Assembly (NCBI GenBank): GCA_020073105.1
Contig: JAIQFW010000002.1
Location: forward strand, 6,353-70,352
Direction of reading: 5' to 3'
Source: Terriglobia bacterium
GTDB taxonomy: Bacteria; Acidobacteriota; Terriglobia; Terriglobales; Acidobacteriaceae
DNA: 64,000 nucleotides
The notes beneath the pieces are model-generated. The model was not told the origin of the DNA and made no database searches. It saw only the letters and a list, made by a program, of their open reading frames with translations. Both the position numbers and the translations under genes were made by a program. Below are positions 46,704-56,382 of this stretch, piece after piece (the first letter of the stretch is position 1; every line of letters starts with the position of its first letter).

Positions 46704-47828
46704 ATGCTCCCGGGCCACGCTACGCCCGAAGGTACCGCCGGATATCGCGACCGCTTCCCGCTGTTGCGTGATGCCGGACACTTCCGCCGCCCTGGGCGGG
46801 TGCCGGGAGTTGGGGACCTGTGGCTGTCCTCCATCGGCCAAGGGACCTATCTAGGCGAGCCGGACGACTCGGCGGACGGCGAATACACCGCCGCGATTGC
46901 CACTGGCCTGCGTTCCGGCATCAACCTTCTTGACACCGCCATCAACTACCGGCATCAGCGTTCGGAGCGCAATGTCGGGGCTGCACTGACTCAACTCGTG
47001 GACTCCGGAGAGCTGAAGCGTAAGGAAGTTCTGGTTTGCACGAAAGCGGGATATCTCTCGTTTGACGGCAACCTGCCTGCCGATCCACGCGCTTATTTCA
47101 TGCGCGAGTACATCGAACCAGGCGTCCTCGATCCCGCCCAACTGGCCGGAGGAATGCACTGCATGGCCCCGGCCTATCTGGAGAACCAGATCGAGCGTTC
47201 CCGGCGCAACCTGGGCTTGGAGACCATCGACGTTTTCTATGTCCACAATCCCGAATCGCAATTGGCGGATGTTTCCCGTGAGGTCTTCCAGCAGCGGTTG
47301 CACGACAGCTTCGTCATGCTGGAGAAGCAGGTCAAGCATGGCCGCATAACGTACTACGGGATGGCCACCTGGAGCGCGTTCCGGCTTCCCGAAGGTTCGC
47401 GCGACTATGTCAGCCTCGCCGAGGTAGGCGATCTTGCACGCCAGGCCGGCGGTGACCGGCATCACTTCCGCTTCCTCCAGCTCCCTTTCAATCTCGCCAT
47501 GCCCGAGGCCTACGCCTTGGCCAACCAGCGTGTGGGTAAGCAGAAAATGTCGCTGCTCTCAGCGGCTGCAGAATTAGGGGTGGCGGTCATCGGCAGCGGA
47601 ACCCTGCATCAGGGGCAACTGACCCACGAGTTGCCGGACATGGTCAGCCGCGCACTCGGTCTGAACAGCGATGCCGAGAATGCTATTCAATTCTCCCGCT
47701 CAGCGCCCGGCCTCACCACCTCGCTGGTCGGCATGGGCCACAAAGAACACGTCACCGCCAATTTGAAGCCTGCACTGGTGCCGCCGGTTCCACTGGAGCA
47801 GTGGAGCAAGCTGTTTCGGAAGGCTTGA
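46704..47828 (+). CDS. aldo/keto reductase
   Basis: INLLDTAINYRHQRSE, TKAG and FYVHNPE, in the AKR pattern. ATG at 46704 preferred over the upstream TTG. Confidence 0.85.
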   Translation: MLPGHATPEGTAGYRDRFPLLRDAGHFRRPGRVPGVGDLWLSSIGQGTYLGEPDDSADGEYTAAIATGLRSGINLLDTAINYRHQRSERNVGAALTQLVDSGELKRKEVLVCTKAGYLSFDGNLPADPRAYFMREYIEPGVLDPAQLAGGMHCMAPAYLENQIERSRRNLGLETIDVFYVHNPESQLADVSREVFQQRLHDSFVMLEKQVKHGRITYYGMATWSAFRLPEGSRDYVSLAEVGDLARQAGGDRHHFRFLQLPFNLAMPEAYALANQRVGKQKMSLLSAAAELGVAVIGSGTLHQGQLTHELPDMVSRALGLNSDAENAIQFSRSAPGLTTSLVGMGHKEHVTANLKPALVPPVPLEQWSKLFRKA

Positions 47829-47905
47829 CAGTAATCGCCGGGGAAGCCGGACACTACACGAGGAGTTTTCTGGACAGGTATGTGACTAGGAGCAAGCAGC
47901 TAGCG

Positions 47906-47936
47906 GCCTGAAGCCTGAAGCCTGAAGCCTGAAGCC
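47906..47936. repeat. tandem octamer GCCTGAAG x ~4
   Basis: GCCTGAAGCCTGAAGCCTGAAGCCTGAAGCC, 5 nt from the stop of the minus-strand TPR gene. Confidence 0.9.
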
Positions 47937-47941
47937 TTCCC

Positions 47942-48667
47942 CTACTTCAGCGCCTGCAGTTTCGCCGAGGCCATTTGCGCCGCTTCGCTGGAGGGATTTT
48001 CCTTCTTGATCTGCTCGTAGAGCCTCTTGGCCTCCAAGGGCTGGTTATCGGCCTGATAAGTGGCAGCCAATTCCAATTGTGACGTTACCTTGCTCACGGT
48101 CACAGTGGGTTTCGCGATGAGCTGCTTGTACAGTTCGATGGCCTGCTTGTTACGGTTGGTGTTGCGATAGACGGAGGCCAGGGCAAACTTCGCCAGCGTG
48201 GACAACTCGGCATTGCGAAACGAAGCCACCTGGTGCAGTTCGCGCTCGGCGGCTGCGTTGTCGCTCAATTCCGCCGCGGTCAGACCCAGAAAGTAATGGG
48301 CGAAATCTGCCGTACGGGTATGGGGATACTTGTCCGCAATCTCCTGCAGCTGTTTATGGGCGGCAGCGGCCCGTTCCTGGGCGCTGGCAAAGCTGGGAGT
48401 CTCCGGCTGCGGCGGCATATTCGGCGGCCGAATGGGCGTATCCATCGTCCGCACGGCCTGGCCGAACGCGACGCTGGCTTTCTGGTCCTGCTGGTTCAGG
48501 TAGTACCACGAGCCGGCTGCGGCCACGGCCAGCACCAGCACGATGACGCCGGCGACGCTCAGCTTGTTCTTATGTTCAGCAGACCAGTGGGCCGTTCTCT
48601 CGGCCGCGTCAATCGTGGCCCGGCTAAAGCTGTCTTGTTTCAGTTGATGGCGGGTTTCTGCGCGCAC
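47942..48667 (-). CDS. membrane-anchored TPR-repeat protein (YfgM-like)
   Basis: N-terminal cytoplasmic segment, one TM (LSVAGVIVLVLAVAAAGSWYY), then TPR-like helical repeats. Confidence 0.7.
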   Translation of the reverse strand: MRAETRHQLKQDSFSRATIDAAERTAHWSAEHKNKLSVAGVIVLVLAVAAAGSWYYLNQQDQKASVAFGQAVRTMDTPIRPPNMPPQPETPSFASAQERAAAAHKQLQEIADKYPHTRTADFAHYFLGLTAAELSDNAAAERELHQVASFRNAELSTLAKFALASVYRNTNRNKQAIELYKQLIAKPTVTVSKVTSQLELAATYQADNQPLEAKRLYEQIKKENPSSEAAQMASAKLQALK

Positions 48668-48755
48668 GGACTTCCCTTCTAATAGGTAGCGAGGATGGCT
48701 GACAAACCTTCAGTTTAACAGACCGCCGTTTCCTTTGGGTACCCGGCCCCTTGCC

Positions 48756-48800
48756 ATTGTCGTCCCGAGCCGCCTTCTTTTGGCGGTCGAGGGATCTGAG
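48756..48800 (+). repeat. TCRTCCCGAGC...TCGAGGGATCTG element
   Basis: ATTGTCGTCCCGAGCCGCCTTCTTTTGGCGGTCGAGGGATCTGAG. Confidence 0.8.
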
Positions 48801-48911
48801 CGCGCCGTGCGAAAGCCTCGCGCACTTTGCGAGGCAATAATTCGCACGTTTGGCGCGCATCATCATTGAGCAACCTGTACCGCTACCCGGATGGTGCAGC
48901 CCGGACACGCA

Positions 48912-49298
48912 TTACTCCCTCGCCGGCTCCCACAACTCGATCCGGTTCCCGTCGGGGTCCGTAATCCAGGCAAAGCGGCCGTAATCGTAATCCTCGCGGT
49001 GCGGATCGACTTCGACACCTTCTTCTTTGAGCGCCTTTAGCAGCGCGTCCAGATCATCGACGCGATAGTTGATCATGAAGCTGGCGCGGCTGGGATCAAA
49101 ATACCTGGACTGCTGCGGAAAAATCGACCACGCGGTCAAGCCTATCTTCTCCTGATTCTTGGCGTCGCGCCAATGAAACGCCGCGCCCTGGCCATGAGGT
49201 TCGCGGACCACCCCCAGATGTTTCTCATACCACTGATAGAGTTTTTCGGGATCGTCTGATTTGAAGAAAATTCCGCCGATTCCGCTCACGCGTTTCAT
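48912..49298 (-). CDS. VOC/glyoxalase-family protein
   Basis: GIGGIFFKSDDPEKLYQWYEKHLG and FAWITDPDGNRIELWEP. GGAGG lies before the chosen ATG. Confidence 0.8.
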   Translation of the reverse strand: MKRVSGIGGIFFKSDDPEKLYQWYEKHLGVVREPHGQGAAFHWRDAKNQEKIGLTAWSIFPQQSRYFDPSRASFMINYRVDDLDALLKALKEEGVEVDPHREDYDYGRFAWITDPDGNRIELWEPARE

Positions 49299-49538
49299 CG
49301 GTTCGCCTCCGAGGTGGCCCATCCGCATTTTGCCTGTATCGTGAATTTCTTGCCACGACAGATTTCCTGCTCTCCCAACCCGGCTTCCATGAGTCCTAAC
49401 CAAACCCAGCCGCGGCAGTCACTTACAGCAAATGTCAGGGGGCATGTCTCGGTGGCAATCAACGTGTACTGATAACCGTCAATGCAGGCGCGCGCTTCCT
49501 CACCCGTGCCCCGGGTTTAGCAGGCTCGTGGAGGAATC

Positions 49539-50000
49539 ATGAAAAGGCGTTCTCCGTTCGCTCTGATCGTGTTCTGCGCCACTGCGGCCCTTGTTGCCGC
49601 TCTCGCTTCGGCGGTGGTCTTCACCAGCGCAACAGTTGCGCTCGCTGTTGCCCGTGGAACTCCCGCGAGCGAGGAGAGAGTCGCTTTGGCGCAGGCCGAG
49701 AAATCGGGCGAAGGCAACCAGGCTCCGCCGGATGCACCTCAAAGCCGGATCTTTGCCGGCATGATCACTGACGATCATTGCGGTGCGCGTCATGCCCCCG
49801 ATTCCGGAAAGAGCCCGTCCGAATGTGTGAAGATGTGCATCGGACACGGATCGCACTACGCACTGGTGAACGGAGACAAGCGTTATTTGCTGGAGGGAGA
49901 TTCCGAGGAGCTTGGCAAGCTGGCAAGCCAGCGAGCAAACATTGCCGGCTCACTCAGCGGAGACACCATCAGGGTGAGTTCGGTTTCAGCTACGCAGTAG
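49539..50000 (+). CDS. secreted or anchored hypothetical protein with Cys/His cluster
   Basis: GGAGG Shine-Dalgarno sequence and hydrophobic N-terminus. DDHCGARH...ECVKMCIGHG motif. No family recognised. Confidence 0.55.
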   Translation: MKRRSPFALIVFCATAALVAALASAVVFTSATVALAVARGTPASEERVALAQAEKSGEGNQAPPDAPQSRIFAGMITDDHCGARHAPDSGKSPSECVKMCIGHGSHYALVNGDKRYLLEGDSEELGKLASQRANIAGSLSGDTIRVSSVSATQ

Positions 50001-50015
50001 CGGACACCGCGCCAT

Positions 50016-50043
50016 GAGAAAAAGCGGGAGCAGTCGCTCCCGC
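50016..50043 (-). terminator. rho-independent terminator after the PIN/TRAM gene
   Basis: The minus strand reads GCGGGAGC-GACT-GCTCCCGC followed by TTTTTCTC. Confidence 0.7.
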
Positions 50044-50079
50044 CTTCAGAAGGATAAGTAATCCTACAGACGCCCAGTA

Positions 50080-51177
50080 CTATTCTGCCGGCCGGTCCGC
50101 CATCGCGGGCTGCGTCTTCTTGGGTTCCCCGTTGGGCACGGTCGCCACGGTGGTCATCACCACCGCAGCCCTTTGCTCCATGCGGGATGCCGCCCGCTCG
50201 TCCCACTTGCCGAAGATCATCTTCCCGGCCGTCGTCTGCAACACCGACGTCACCGAAATGTCGATGGTCTTGCCGATCATCTTGCGCGCATTGTCCACCA
50301 CCACCATGGTGCCGTCATCGAGATAGGCAACGCCCTGGTTGTACTCTTTGCCTTCCTTCAGGATGAACACCTTCATGGTCTCGCCCGGCAGCACGATCGG
50401 CTTCAGAGAGTTGGCCAGTTCGTTGATGTTCAGCACTTCGACGCCCTGCAGCTGCGCCACTTTATTCAGGTTGAAATCGTTGGTAATGATTTTGCCTTCG
50501 TACAGCTTAGCCAGTTCGATGAGCTTGAGATCAACTTCGCGAACGGCAGGGAAGTCATCTTCCACGATCTGGATCTGTACGGAAGCGACCTTCTGCAGAC
50601 GCTGCAGGATGTCCAGCCCGCGCCGTCCACGATTGCGCTTCAAAGAGTCGGCAGAATCCGCCACCAACTGCAGTTCGCGCAACACAAACTGGGGAATCAC
50701 AATGGTGCCGTCGAGGAAACCCGTCTCGGCGATGTCGGCAATGCGCCCGTCGATAATGACGCTGGTGTCGAGAATCTTATAGCTTTTCTTCGATTGCTTC
50801 TCGCCACCAAAAATTCCACCCAGCGCCGACAGGTTCAGCAGATCGCCCTTGTTGGCTCCTACGATCAAGCCAACGTAGGCCATCAGCAACATGACCATGA
50901 TCTGCAGGAAGCTCTGGGTGTTGCCCGCCGGGATGCTATTACGGATCACCAGGGCAAATAGGTAGGCGCCGAAGATGCCGAGGACACTGCCGATGGCTGC
51001 CCCAATCAACCGTTTCAGACTGACCAGCCGCAGCCGCCATTCGAAGAGTACGATGGCAATCCCGATCAGTGCTCCTACTCCCGCATCCAGGCGGGGCGTA
51101 AGACCGAAGGGGTGAATGAGAAAGCAAGTAACCGCAACAAAAATGACAAACAGGAAACGAACCAATATCAAGTCCAT
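50080..51177 (-). CDS. PIN/TRAM-domain membrane protein (YacL-like)
   Basis: Four N-terminal TMs, PIN domain ([12 protein letters not shown]), C-terminal TRAM-like beta domain. Confidence 0.85.
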   Translation of the reverse strand: MDLILVRFLFVIFVAVTCFLIHPFGLTPRLDAGVGALIGIAIVLFEWRLRLVSLKRLIGAAIGSVLGIFGAYLFALVIRNSIPAGNTQSFLQIMVMLLMAYVGLIVGANKGDLLNLSALGGIFGGEKQSKKSYKILDTSVIIDGRIADIAETGFLDGTIVIPQFVLRELQLVADSADSLKRNRGRRGLDILQRLQKVASVQIQIVEDDFPAVREVDLKLIELAKLYEGKIITNDFNLNKVAQLQGVEVLNINELANSLKPIVLPGETMKVFILKEGKEYNQGVAYLDDGTMVVVDNARKMIGKTIDISVTSVLQTTAGKMIFGKWDERAASRMEQRAAVVMTTVATVPNGEPKKTQPAMADRPAE

Positions 51178-51468
51178 GCTAACCTCTCTCGGAACCAGCC
51201 CGCAATCGGAGCAGGTCCCGCACTGGCCGCTCAGCTAACCCTTGCCAACGTTCAGCAACCAGTGATCCATTCGCGGAGCATATGAGGGAAGGCAGCTATG
51301 AAACCGCGCTCCGCCCCCCTGCCCAAACACGGGCAAGGGAACCACAAATATTTCCAGGGGGAAGTATATACCTGACGTAAAGCGCGCCGGATTACGCTAG
51401 TCACAGGCACCTGTGATGTGCTGGCCGAGACCGTGCTGCGAGTCCGGCCCTCCTGCTAGACTTCTTCC

Positions 51469-52431
51469 ATGAAGGCCATTGTCATCAGTCGCTTAGGTGG
51501 GCCCGAAGTGCTTGAGATTCAGGACGCGCCCGAGCCGCTACCCGTGCCCGGCCAGGAACTGGTTCGCGTGCAGGCCGGTGGATTGAACTTTGCCGATGTC
51601 TTGACCGCGTGCGGAGGCTATCCCGGGACCCCGAAGCCGCCGTTGATTGCGGGAAGGGAATTTTGCGGCGTGCGAGTACGCGACGGGCAGCGCGTCATGG
51701 GATACATGCAGTGGTCGGCGTTTGCCGAACGGATTGTCACTCGGCCCGAGTTGCTGTGGCCCGTGCCAGCGGCCTGGAGTGACGAGGAAGGAGCAGCTTT
51801 CCCGGTCAACTATTTCACCGCATACTTCGCCTATTGGAAGGCAGGGTTGCTTGATCCGGGGAAGTCGGATCGTACGCGAGTCCTGATTCACGCCGTGGCC
51901 GGCGGCGTGGGCACAGCCGCCGTTCAGATCGGCAAGCTGCTGGGCGTGGAAATGTACGGAACGTCATCGTCAGAGGAGAAGCTCCAGCGGGTGAAAGATC
52001 TCGGCCTGCAGCATGGCATCAACTACAAGCAGCGCGATTATGAAGAAGCCATTAAGGATCTCACTCACGGCGAAGGCGTCGATGCCGTATTCGAGATGCT
52101 TGGGGGTGAGCACACCAACAAGAGCGTTCGCTGCCTGCGTGATTTTGGGCGCGTGATTGTGTACGGAAGTGCAACCGGGGAAAAAGCCCAACTGGATACG
52201 CGACTTCTTTATGCCAAAGGCGCGAGCGTTCACGGATTGTGGCTCACCTACCTTTCCGCGAATCGCAACTTGATGAATGAAGCCTGGAAACAGCTTGCCG
52301 CCTGGGCAGCCCAAGGCCGCTTGCGTCCCGTGATCGGTCACGTGTTACCCATGGAGCGGGCGAGAGAGGCATACAAGCTTTTGTCCGAAGGAAAGAATTT
52401 TGGCAAGGTAGTGCTCAAGATCGCGATGTAG
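51469..52431 (+). CDS. NADPH:quinone oxidoreductase / zinc-type alcohol dehydrogenase-like protein
   Basis: GLNFADV, IHAVAGGVGTAAVQIGK Rossmann motif, and GKVVL at the C-terminus. Confidence 0.88.
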   Translation: MKAIVISRLGGPEVLEIQDAPEPLPVPGQELVRVQAGGLNFADVLTACGGYPGTPKPPLIAGREFCGVRVRDGQRVMGYMQWSAFAERIVTRPELLWPVPAAWSDEEGAAFPVNYFTAYFAYWKAGLLDPGKSDRTRVLIHAVAGGVGTAAVQIGKLLGVEMYGTSSSEEKLQRVKDLGLQHGINYKQRDYEEAIKDLTHGEGVDAVFEMLGGEHTNKSVRCLRDFGRVIVYGSATGEKAQLDTRLLYAKGASVHGLWLTYLSANRNLMNEAWKQLAAWAAQGRLRPVIGHVLPMERAREAYKLLSEGKNFGKVVLKIAM

Positions 52432-53058
52432 GCGCGGGCGTCCCCGCCCGTGCGAGGCTTGTTCATTTCCGAACGCGGTTTCTCGTTTGCGGACACGCAC
52501 TCCACTTCGGCGCTCGCGTTCCCGTTTAAAATCAATTCATCTTCAATTCATCTCCTCTTCACCTTCTGGCTGCGTGCGTGCAATAACATCGGTGCTACGC
52601 GCACATGTGAAAACTTGTCAAAAGTTGTAACGGTTTGTGTGCGCTGCATAGACAAGACAGGCCAAGCCTGTGCCCTGCACTTCCGGGCGCACAACTCGCT
52701 AACGACGAGGGCAGGAAATCGTCCAACCGGGTGATTGAGAAAAGAAGCCCAGAGGAACTTTTGAGCATCTAGGAGCGTATCAGGAAAGTATTGCGCGAAA
52801 GCCGGGCGACCAACCAGCCAGCCCGGCTTTCGTAAGTTTCAGGGGTTGAGGGACTGGCTCACACTCGGTTTGGCGGCCCAGGTGAGCGCAATCCCTGTAG
52901 CAGAGAGCCCGCGGCCTTGCGGCCACACGCTTTCTCCTTAACCCCGCGGCAGCATTGTAGGCTTTTGGCAAAGAAACGCAAGTTTTTTTGCGAAGGCGAG
53001 TTCAAGCCGCCCCGAACCGGTTCCCGACGCTTTTCGGGAAAGAAAAAAGGAGCATCGC

Positions 53059-53451
53059 ATGAAAATCGCACACGTTTCCAAGGGCTTGCTGCTCGGCTTG
53101 ACACTGCTGCTCGCAACAAGCGTTTTCGCTGCCAACAACAACAAGGGCTCTCTCTCCACTCTGAACGACGTGACCGTGAACGGCAAGTCGCTTCCCGCGG
53201 GAGACTACTCGGTGAAGTGGGAAGGCACCGGTTCCAACGTGCAGCTGAACATCCTCAAAGGCAAGACGGTGGTCGCTACCGTCCCCGCCCGTGTGGTGAA
53301 GCTCGACCAATCCTCGGATGGTGACGCGGCCGTGGTAAAGGCCAACGGTGACGGCAGCAAATCGCTGGCCGAAATCCGTTTCAGTGGTAAGAAGTATGCG
53401 CTGCAACTCAGCGATGACAACAGCATGGAAGCCAGCGGCAGCTCAAAGTAA
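53059..53451 (+). CDS. secreted hypothetical protein
   Basis: AAAGGAG Shine-Dalgarno sequence, signal peptide LLLGLTLLLATSVFA, and a clean terminator downstream. Confidence 0.6.
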   Translation: MKIAHVSKGLLLGLTLLLATSVFAANNNKGSLSTLNDVTVNGKSLPAGDYSVKWEGTGSNVQLNILKGKTVVATVPARVVKLDQSSDGDAAVVKANGDGSKSLAEIRFSGKKYALQLSDDNSMEASGSSK

Positions 53452-53476
53452 GGACTGCTGGCAGTCAGCGAACCAA

Positions 53477-53503
53477 GGGGAGCGCAAGCTCCCCGTTTTC
53501 TTT
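53477..53503 (+). terminator. rho-independent terminator
   Basis: GGGGAGC-GCAA-GCTCCCC followed by GTTTTCTTT. Confidence 0.75.
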
Positions 53504-53530
53504 GGAGGGGCTCAATTTCAGCAAATGCGA

Positions 53531-53585
53531 ATTCCTCAGCGTACTCTGCGGCTGTTCTCAGCGGTCTCGGCGTTTCAAGGTCTTT
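53531..53585 (+). repeat. CTCTGYG-type unit, single arm
   Basis: ATTCCTCAGCGTACTCTGCGGCTGTTCTCAGCGGTCTCGGCGTTTCAAGGTCTTT. Confidence 0.8.
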
Positions 53586-53595
53586 GAGGGAATTA

Positions 53596-53626
53596 CCAAA
53601 AGCGTAGGGAGCGCTTGCGCGCTCCC
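53596..53626 (-). terminator. rho-independent terminator after the PEGA gene
   Basis: GGGAGCGC-(4 nt)-GCGCTCCC; the minus strand continues TACGCTTTTGG. Confidence 0.6.
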
Positions 53627-53663
53627 TGCTTGACGGAGAGAAACCAAGCGTGCGGAGAATTGC

Positions 53664-54377
53664 CTACTGTGCCTTTTCCAGTTCGGCCGACACGTTGATG
53701 GTGCCGCCGCTGACTTTCATCGTGCGCTCCCAGTTCTTGTAGCCTGCCTTCTTGACCACGACAGAGTGTTCTCCGGGAGTTACGTCAATCGCCGATGGGG
53801 TGCTGCCCACGAAGCTGCCGTCAATCTCAATATCAGCGTTGCCGGGCATGGAGGAAACCGAGATCTGGCTCGCGGCCGACGTGTCCCCTGAATTCTGGCT
53901 GACCGTCATCAACTGAGCTGGCTGCTGCTGGCTCTGGGCATTGATCTTGCCCACGCGCGATGGCCAGTCTCTGGTGATCGCTTCACAGGCGTCTTTCACC
54001 GAGCTTCCCAGGGACCGCGTGGAATGGCTCACGATGGCGTCGCCATCACTGTTAAAGACCGCGACCTTATTGTCGTGGGACAGAATGCTCTTGCCACCTT
54101 CGTGGTCGAGCACGACGGTGTAGTCGGCTTTGTCCTGCTTGTTGTTGACCACGACCTCCTTGCAGCGTTCGCCGAAAGTCTTGATAATCTCGGCCGTCTG
54201 CGGCCGCGCGCCGCCGCCGATGTGGCCGCCGTGAGCGCCGTTGGCACCGCCGCTGTTGCCGGTCATCTGCCAGGATTGGCTGTCGGTAATGAACACCCGG
54301 GCTTTCTGATCGTTGCTCTGTGCCGCTGCAGAAAGCACCAACAACGAGACCACCAGGAAACCGAAAATACGTCGCAT
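53664..54377 (-). CDS. secreted PEGA-domain protein
   Basis: Signal peptide. C-terminal SSMPGNADIEIDGSFVGSTPSAIDVTPGEHSVVVKKAGYKNWERT matches the PEGA pattern. Confidence 0.75.
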   Translation of the reverse strand: MRRIFGFLVVSLLVLSAAAQSNDQKARVFITDSQSWQMTGNSGGANGAHGGHIGGGARPQTAEIIKTFGERCKEVVVNNKQDKADYTVVLDHEGGKSILSHDNKVAVFNSDGDAIVSHSTRSLGSSVKDACEAITRDWPSRVGKINAQSQQQPAQLMTVSQNSGDTSAASQISVSSMPGNADIEIDGSFVGSTPSAIDVTPGEHSVVVKKAGYKNWERTMKVSGGTINVSAELEKAQ

Positions 54378-54508
54378 TCCGTCCTCCAACGCTAAAGGTT
54401 AAGGGGATTGCAGATTCTTACACTGGTAGGATGCGACGGGATAGTTACGGTTGTCCCTGTACGAGAAGGCAAGGCTAAGGTGTCCGCGTGTGGCTGAACC
54501 TGGTTTCC

Positions 54509-54542
54509 GGAGACCTGAGACCTGAATCCTGAGACCTGACCC
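54509..54542. repeat. tandem CCTGAGAC-like repeats
   Basis: GGAGACCTGAGACCTGAATCCTGAGACCTGACCC abuts the stop of the minus-strand E1 gene. Confidence 0.8.
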
Positions 54543-55714
54543 TAGTACTTCGCCATCTTGGGATCCACCCGGTCCGCCCAGGCCAGTATCCCCCCCGCCA
54601 AGTTATGGACTTTCTTGAACCCCGCCTGTTGCAGGAACCCGACCGCCTTCCCGCTGCGCACGCCGGAGCGGCAGTGGGCCACGATCTCGCGGCTGGAATC
54701 CAGTTCGCTCACTCGCTTGGGCAGATCGCCCAGCGGGATCAGGTACCCGCCGATGTTGCAGATCTGGTATTCGTGCGGCTCGCGCACGTCCAGCACAAAC
54801 AGGTCGTCGCCTGCATCGAGGCGCCGCTTGAGTTCTTCGACTTGCATCTCGGGAATGCCTGCTTCCACGGGCTTCTCCTCACCGCGAATTCCGCAAAACT
54901 CGTTGTAGTCTATCAGTTTTGTGATGGTGCGATGCGTGCCGCAAGCCGGGCAGTCGGGGTTCTTGCGCAGCCTTAACTCGCGGAACTTCATGCCGAGCGC
55001 GTCTACGAGCAGTAACCGTCCGATCAGCGGCTCGCCTGTGCCCAGGATGAGCTTGATCACTTCCGTAGCCTGAATCACGCCAACCAGCCCCGGCAGGATC
55101 CCCAGTACCCCACCTTCCGCGCAGGAGGGCACCAGCCCCGGCGGTGGTGGCTCCGGATACAGGCAGCGATAGCAAGGGCCTTCCTCCGTAGCAAATACGC
55201 TGGCCTGTCCCTCGAAGCGGAAAATCGATCCATACACATTAGGCTTACCGCTGAGCACGCACGCGTCGTTCACCAGATAGCGCGTGGGGAAATTATCGGT
55301 TCCATCTGCGATGATGTCGAACTCCCGGAACAGTTCCAGTGCATTCTCGCTGGTCAGCTTGGTCTCGAACGTCCGGATATTCAGGAAGGGATTGATCGCT
55401 TTCAGCTTCTCCGCCGCAGAGTCCAGTTTCTTGCGGCCCACATCGGCCGTCGTGTGAATGATCTGGCGCTGCAGATTCGTATAGTCCACCACATCGAAGT
55501 CCACGATCCCGAGTGTCCCCACCCCAGCCGCACCCAGATAGAGCGCCAGCGGCGAACCCAGTCCACCCGCGCCGATGCACAACACACGTGCCGCCTTGAG
55601 TTTTTGCTGCCCCTCCATGCCTACCTCAGGCATGATCAGGTGGCGCGAGTAGCGCAGAATTTCGTCGTTATTCAGAACGGCGGTTGCGGGTTTGGTTTCG
55701 GTAATGGTGGCCAT
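54542..55714 (-). CDS. moeZ: MoeB/ThiF-family E1-like adenylyltransferase fused to a rhodanese domain (MoeZ type)
   Basis: CIGAGGLGSPLALYLGAAGVG nucleotide loop, CYRC...C zinc site, C-terminal rhodanese with HCRSGVRS active-site loop. Confidence 0.9.
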   Translation of the reverse strand: MATITETKPATAVLNNDEILRYSRHLIMPEVGMEGQQKLKAARVLCIGAGGLGSPLALYLGAAGVGTLGIVDFDVVDYTNLQRQIIHTTADVGRKKLDSAAEKLKAINPFLNIRTFETKLTSENALELFREFDIIADGTDNFPTRYLVNDACVLSGKPNVYGSIFRFEGQASVFATEEGPCYRCLYPEPPPPGLVPSCAEGGVLGILPGLVGVIQATEVIKLILGTGEPLIGRLLLVDALGMKFRELRLRKNPDCPACGTHRTITKLIDYNEFCGIRGEEKPVEAGIPEMQVEELKRRLDAGDDLFVLDVREPHEYQICNIGGYLIPLGDLPKRVSELDSSREIVAHCRSGVRSGKAVGFLQQAGFKKVHNLAGGILAWADRVDPKMAKY

Positions 55715-55821
55715 GGGAACCTCGGTGAATTTGCAATTAAAGGATTGCCGATTGGCGAATCAACAACAGCCGCAGGAGTGGCAACAGCGACGCATGGTAG
55801 GTTTGGTTGGGCAATCGCAAA

Positions 55822-56115
55822 TCATGAAATCGTCAATCCCGCTGCGCCTCCGGCGATGGAAGGCACAATCGAAATAGTATCACTGTCCTTGACCGCGGTG
55901 GCCTCTTTCTGCAGGTAGCGGACATCTTCGTCGTTCAGATAGACATTCACAAAAGCCCGCAGTTTGCCTTCGTCGGTGTAGAGATGGCGGCGCAGGTCGG
56001 GGTGCTTCGAGATCAAGCCGGAAAGGGCATCGCCGATCGTGCCGGCCTTGATCTCGATTGTGGCCTGCTTGCCGGCGTATTGGCGTAGCGGCGTGGGGAT
56101 GTGGATCTTGGTCAT
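55822..56115 (-). CDS. MoaD/ThiS-family sulfur-carrier protein (CysO-like) with extension after Gly-Gly
   Basis: 97 aa from MTKIHIPTPL. FVNVYLNDEDVRYL...ISIVPSIAGG followed by AAGLTIS. Confidence 0.85.
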   Translation of the reverse strand: MTKIHIPTPLRQYAGKQATIEIKAGTIGDALSGLISKHPDLRRHLYTDEGKLRAFVNVYLNDEDVRYLQKEATAVKDSDTISIVPSIAGGAAGLTIS

Positions 56116-56170
56116 ACGGTTAGATGATGCACCGGCGTTGACCGAAGATTCAACATTGCCCCCCACAGTC

Positions 56171-56232
56171 TTGTCATCCCGAGCGGAGCTGCTGGTTCGC
56201 TTGCGAACCAGATGCGGAGTCGAGGGATCTGC
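56171..56232 (+). repeat. TCATCCCGAGC...TCGAGGGATCTGC element (forward copy)
   Basis: TTGTCATCCCGAGCGGAGCTGCTGGTTCGCTTGCGAACCAGATGCGGAGTCGAGGGATCTGC in the JAMM/carrier spacer. Confidence 0.85.
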
Positions 56233-56273
56233 TGTTTGCCGGCAGGGGCCACGGACACCGCTCAGAATTCCAG

Positions 56274-56331
56274 CAGATTCCTCGACACGTCCTCGGCGCA
56301 TCCTGCGCCTGCGGACGGCTCGGAATGGCAA
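56274..56331 (-). repeat. same element, reverse copy
   Basis: GCAGATTCCTCGACACGTCCTCGGCGCATCCTGCGCCTGCGGACGGCTCGGAATGGCAA. Confidence 0.85.
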
Positions 56332-56350
56332 ACTACGAAAGGATGTAGGA

Positions 56351-56377
56351 ACCGCGGGCAGGAATGCCCGCGCTACA
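56351..56377. repeat. hairpin element ACCGCGGGCAGGAATGCCCGCGCTACA
   Basis: GCGGGCA-GGAA-TGCCCGC stem-loop, third structured element in the JAMM/carrier spacer. Confidence 0.6.
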
Positions 56378-56382
56378 CCCGC

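Noticed and set aside
52966-52980. Sigma-54 promoter TGGCAAAGAAACGCA
   Set aside because: The GG-to-GC spacing is one nt short of the TGGCAC-N5-TTGC consensus, and no enhancer-binding protein gene is nearby.
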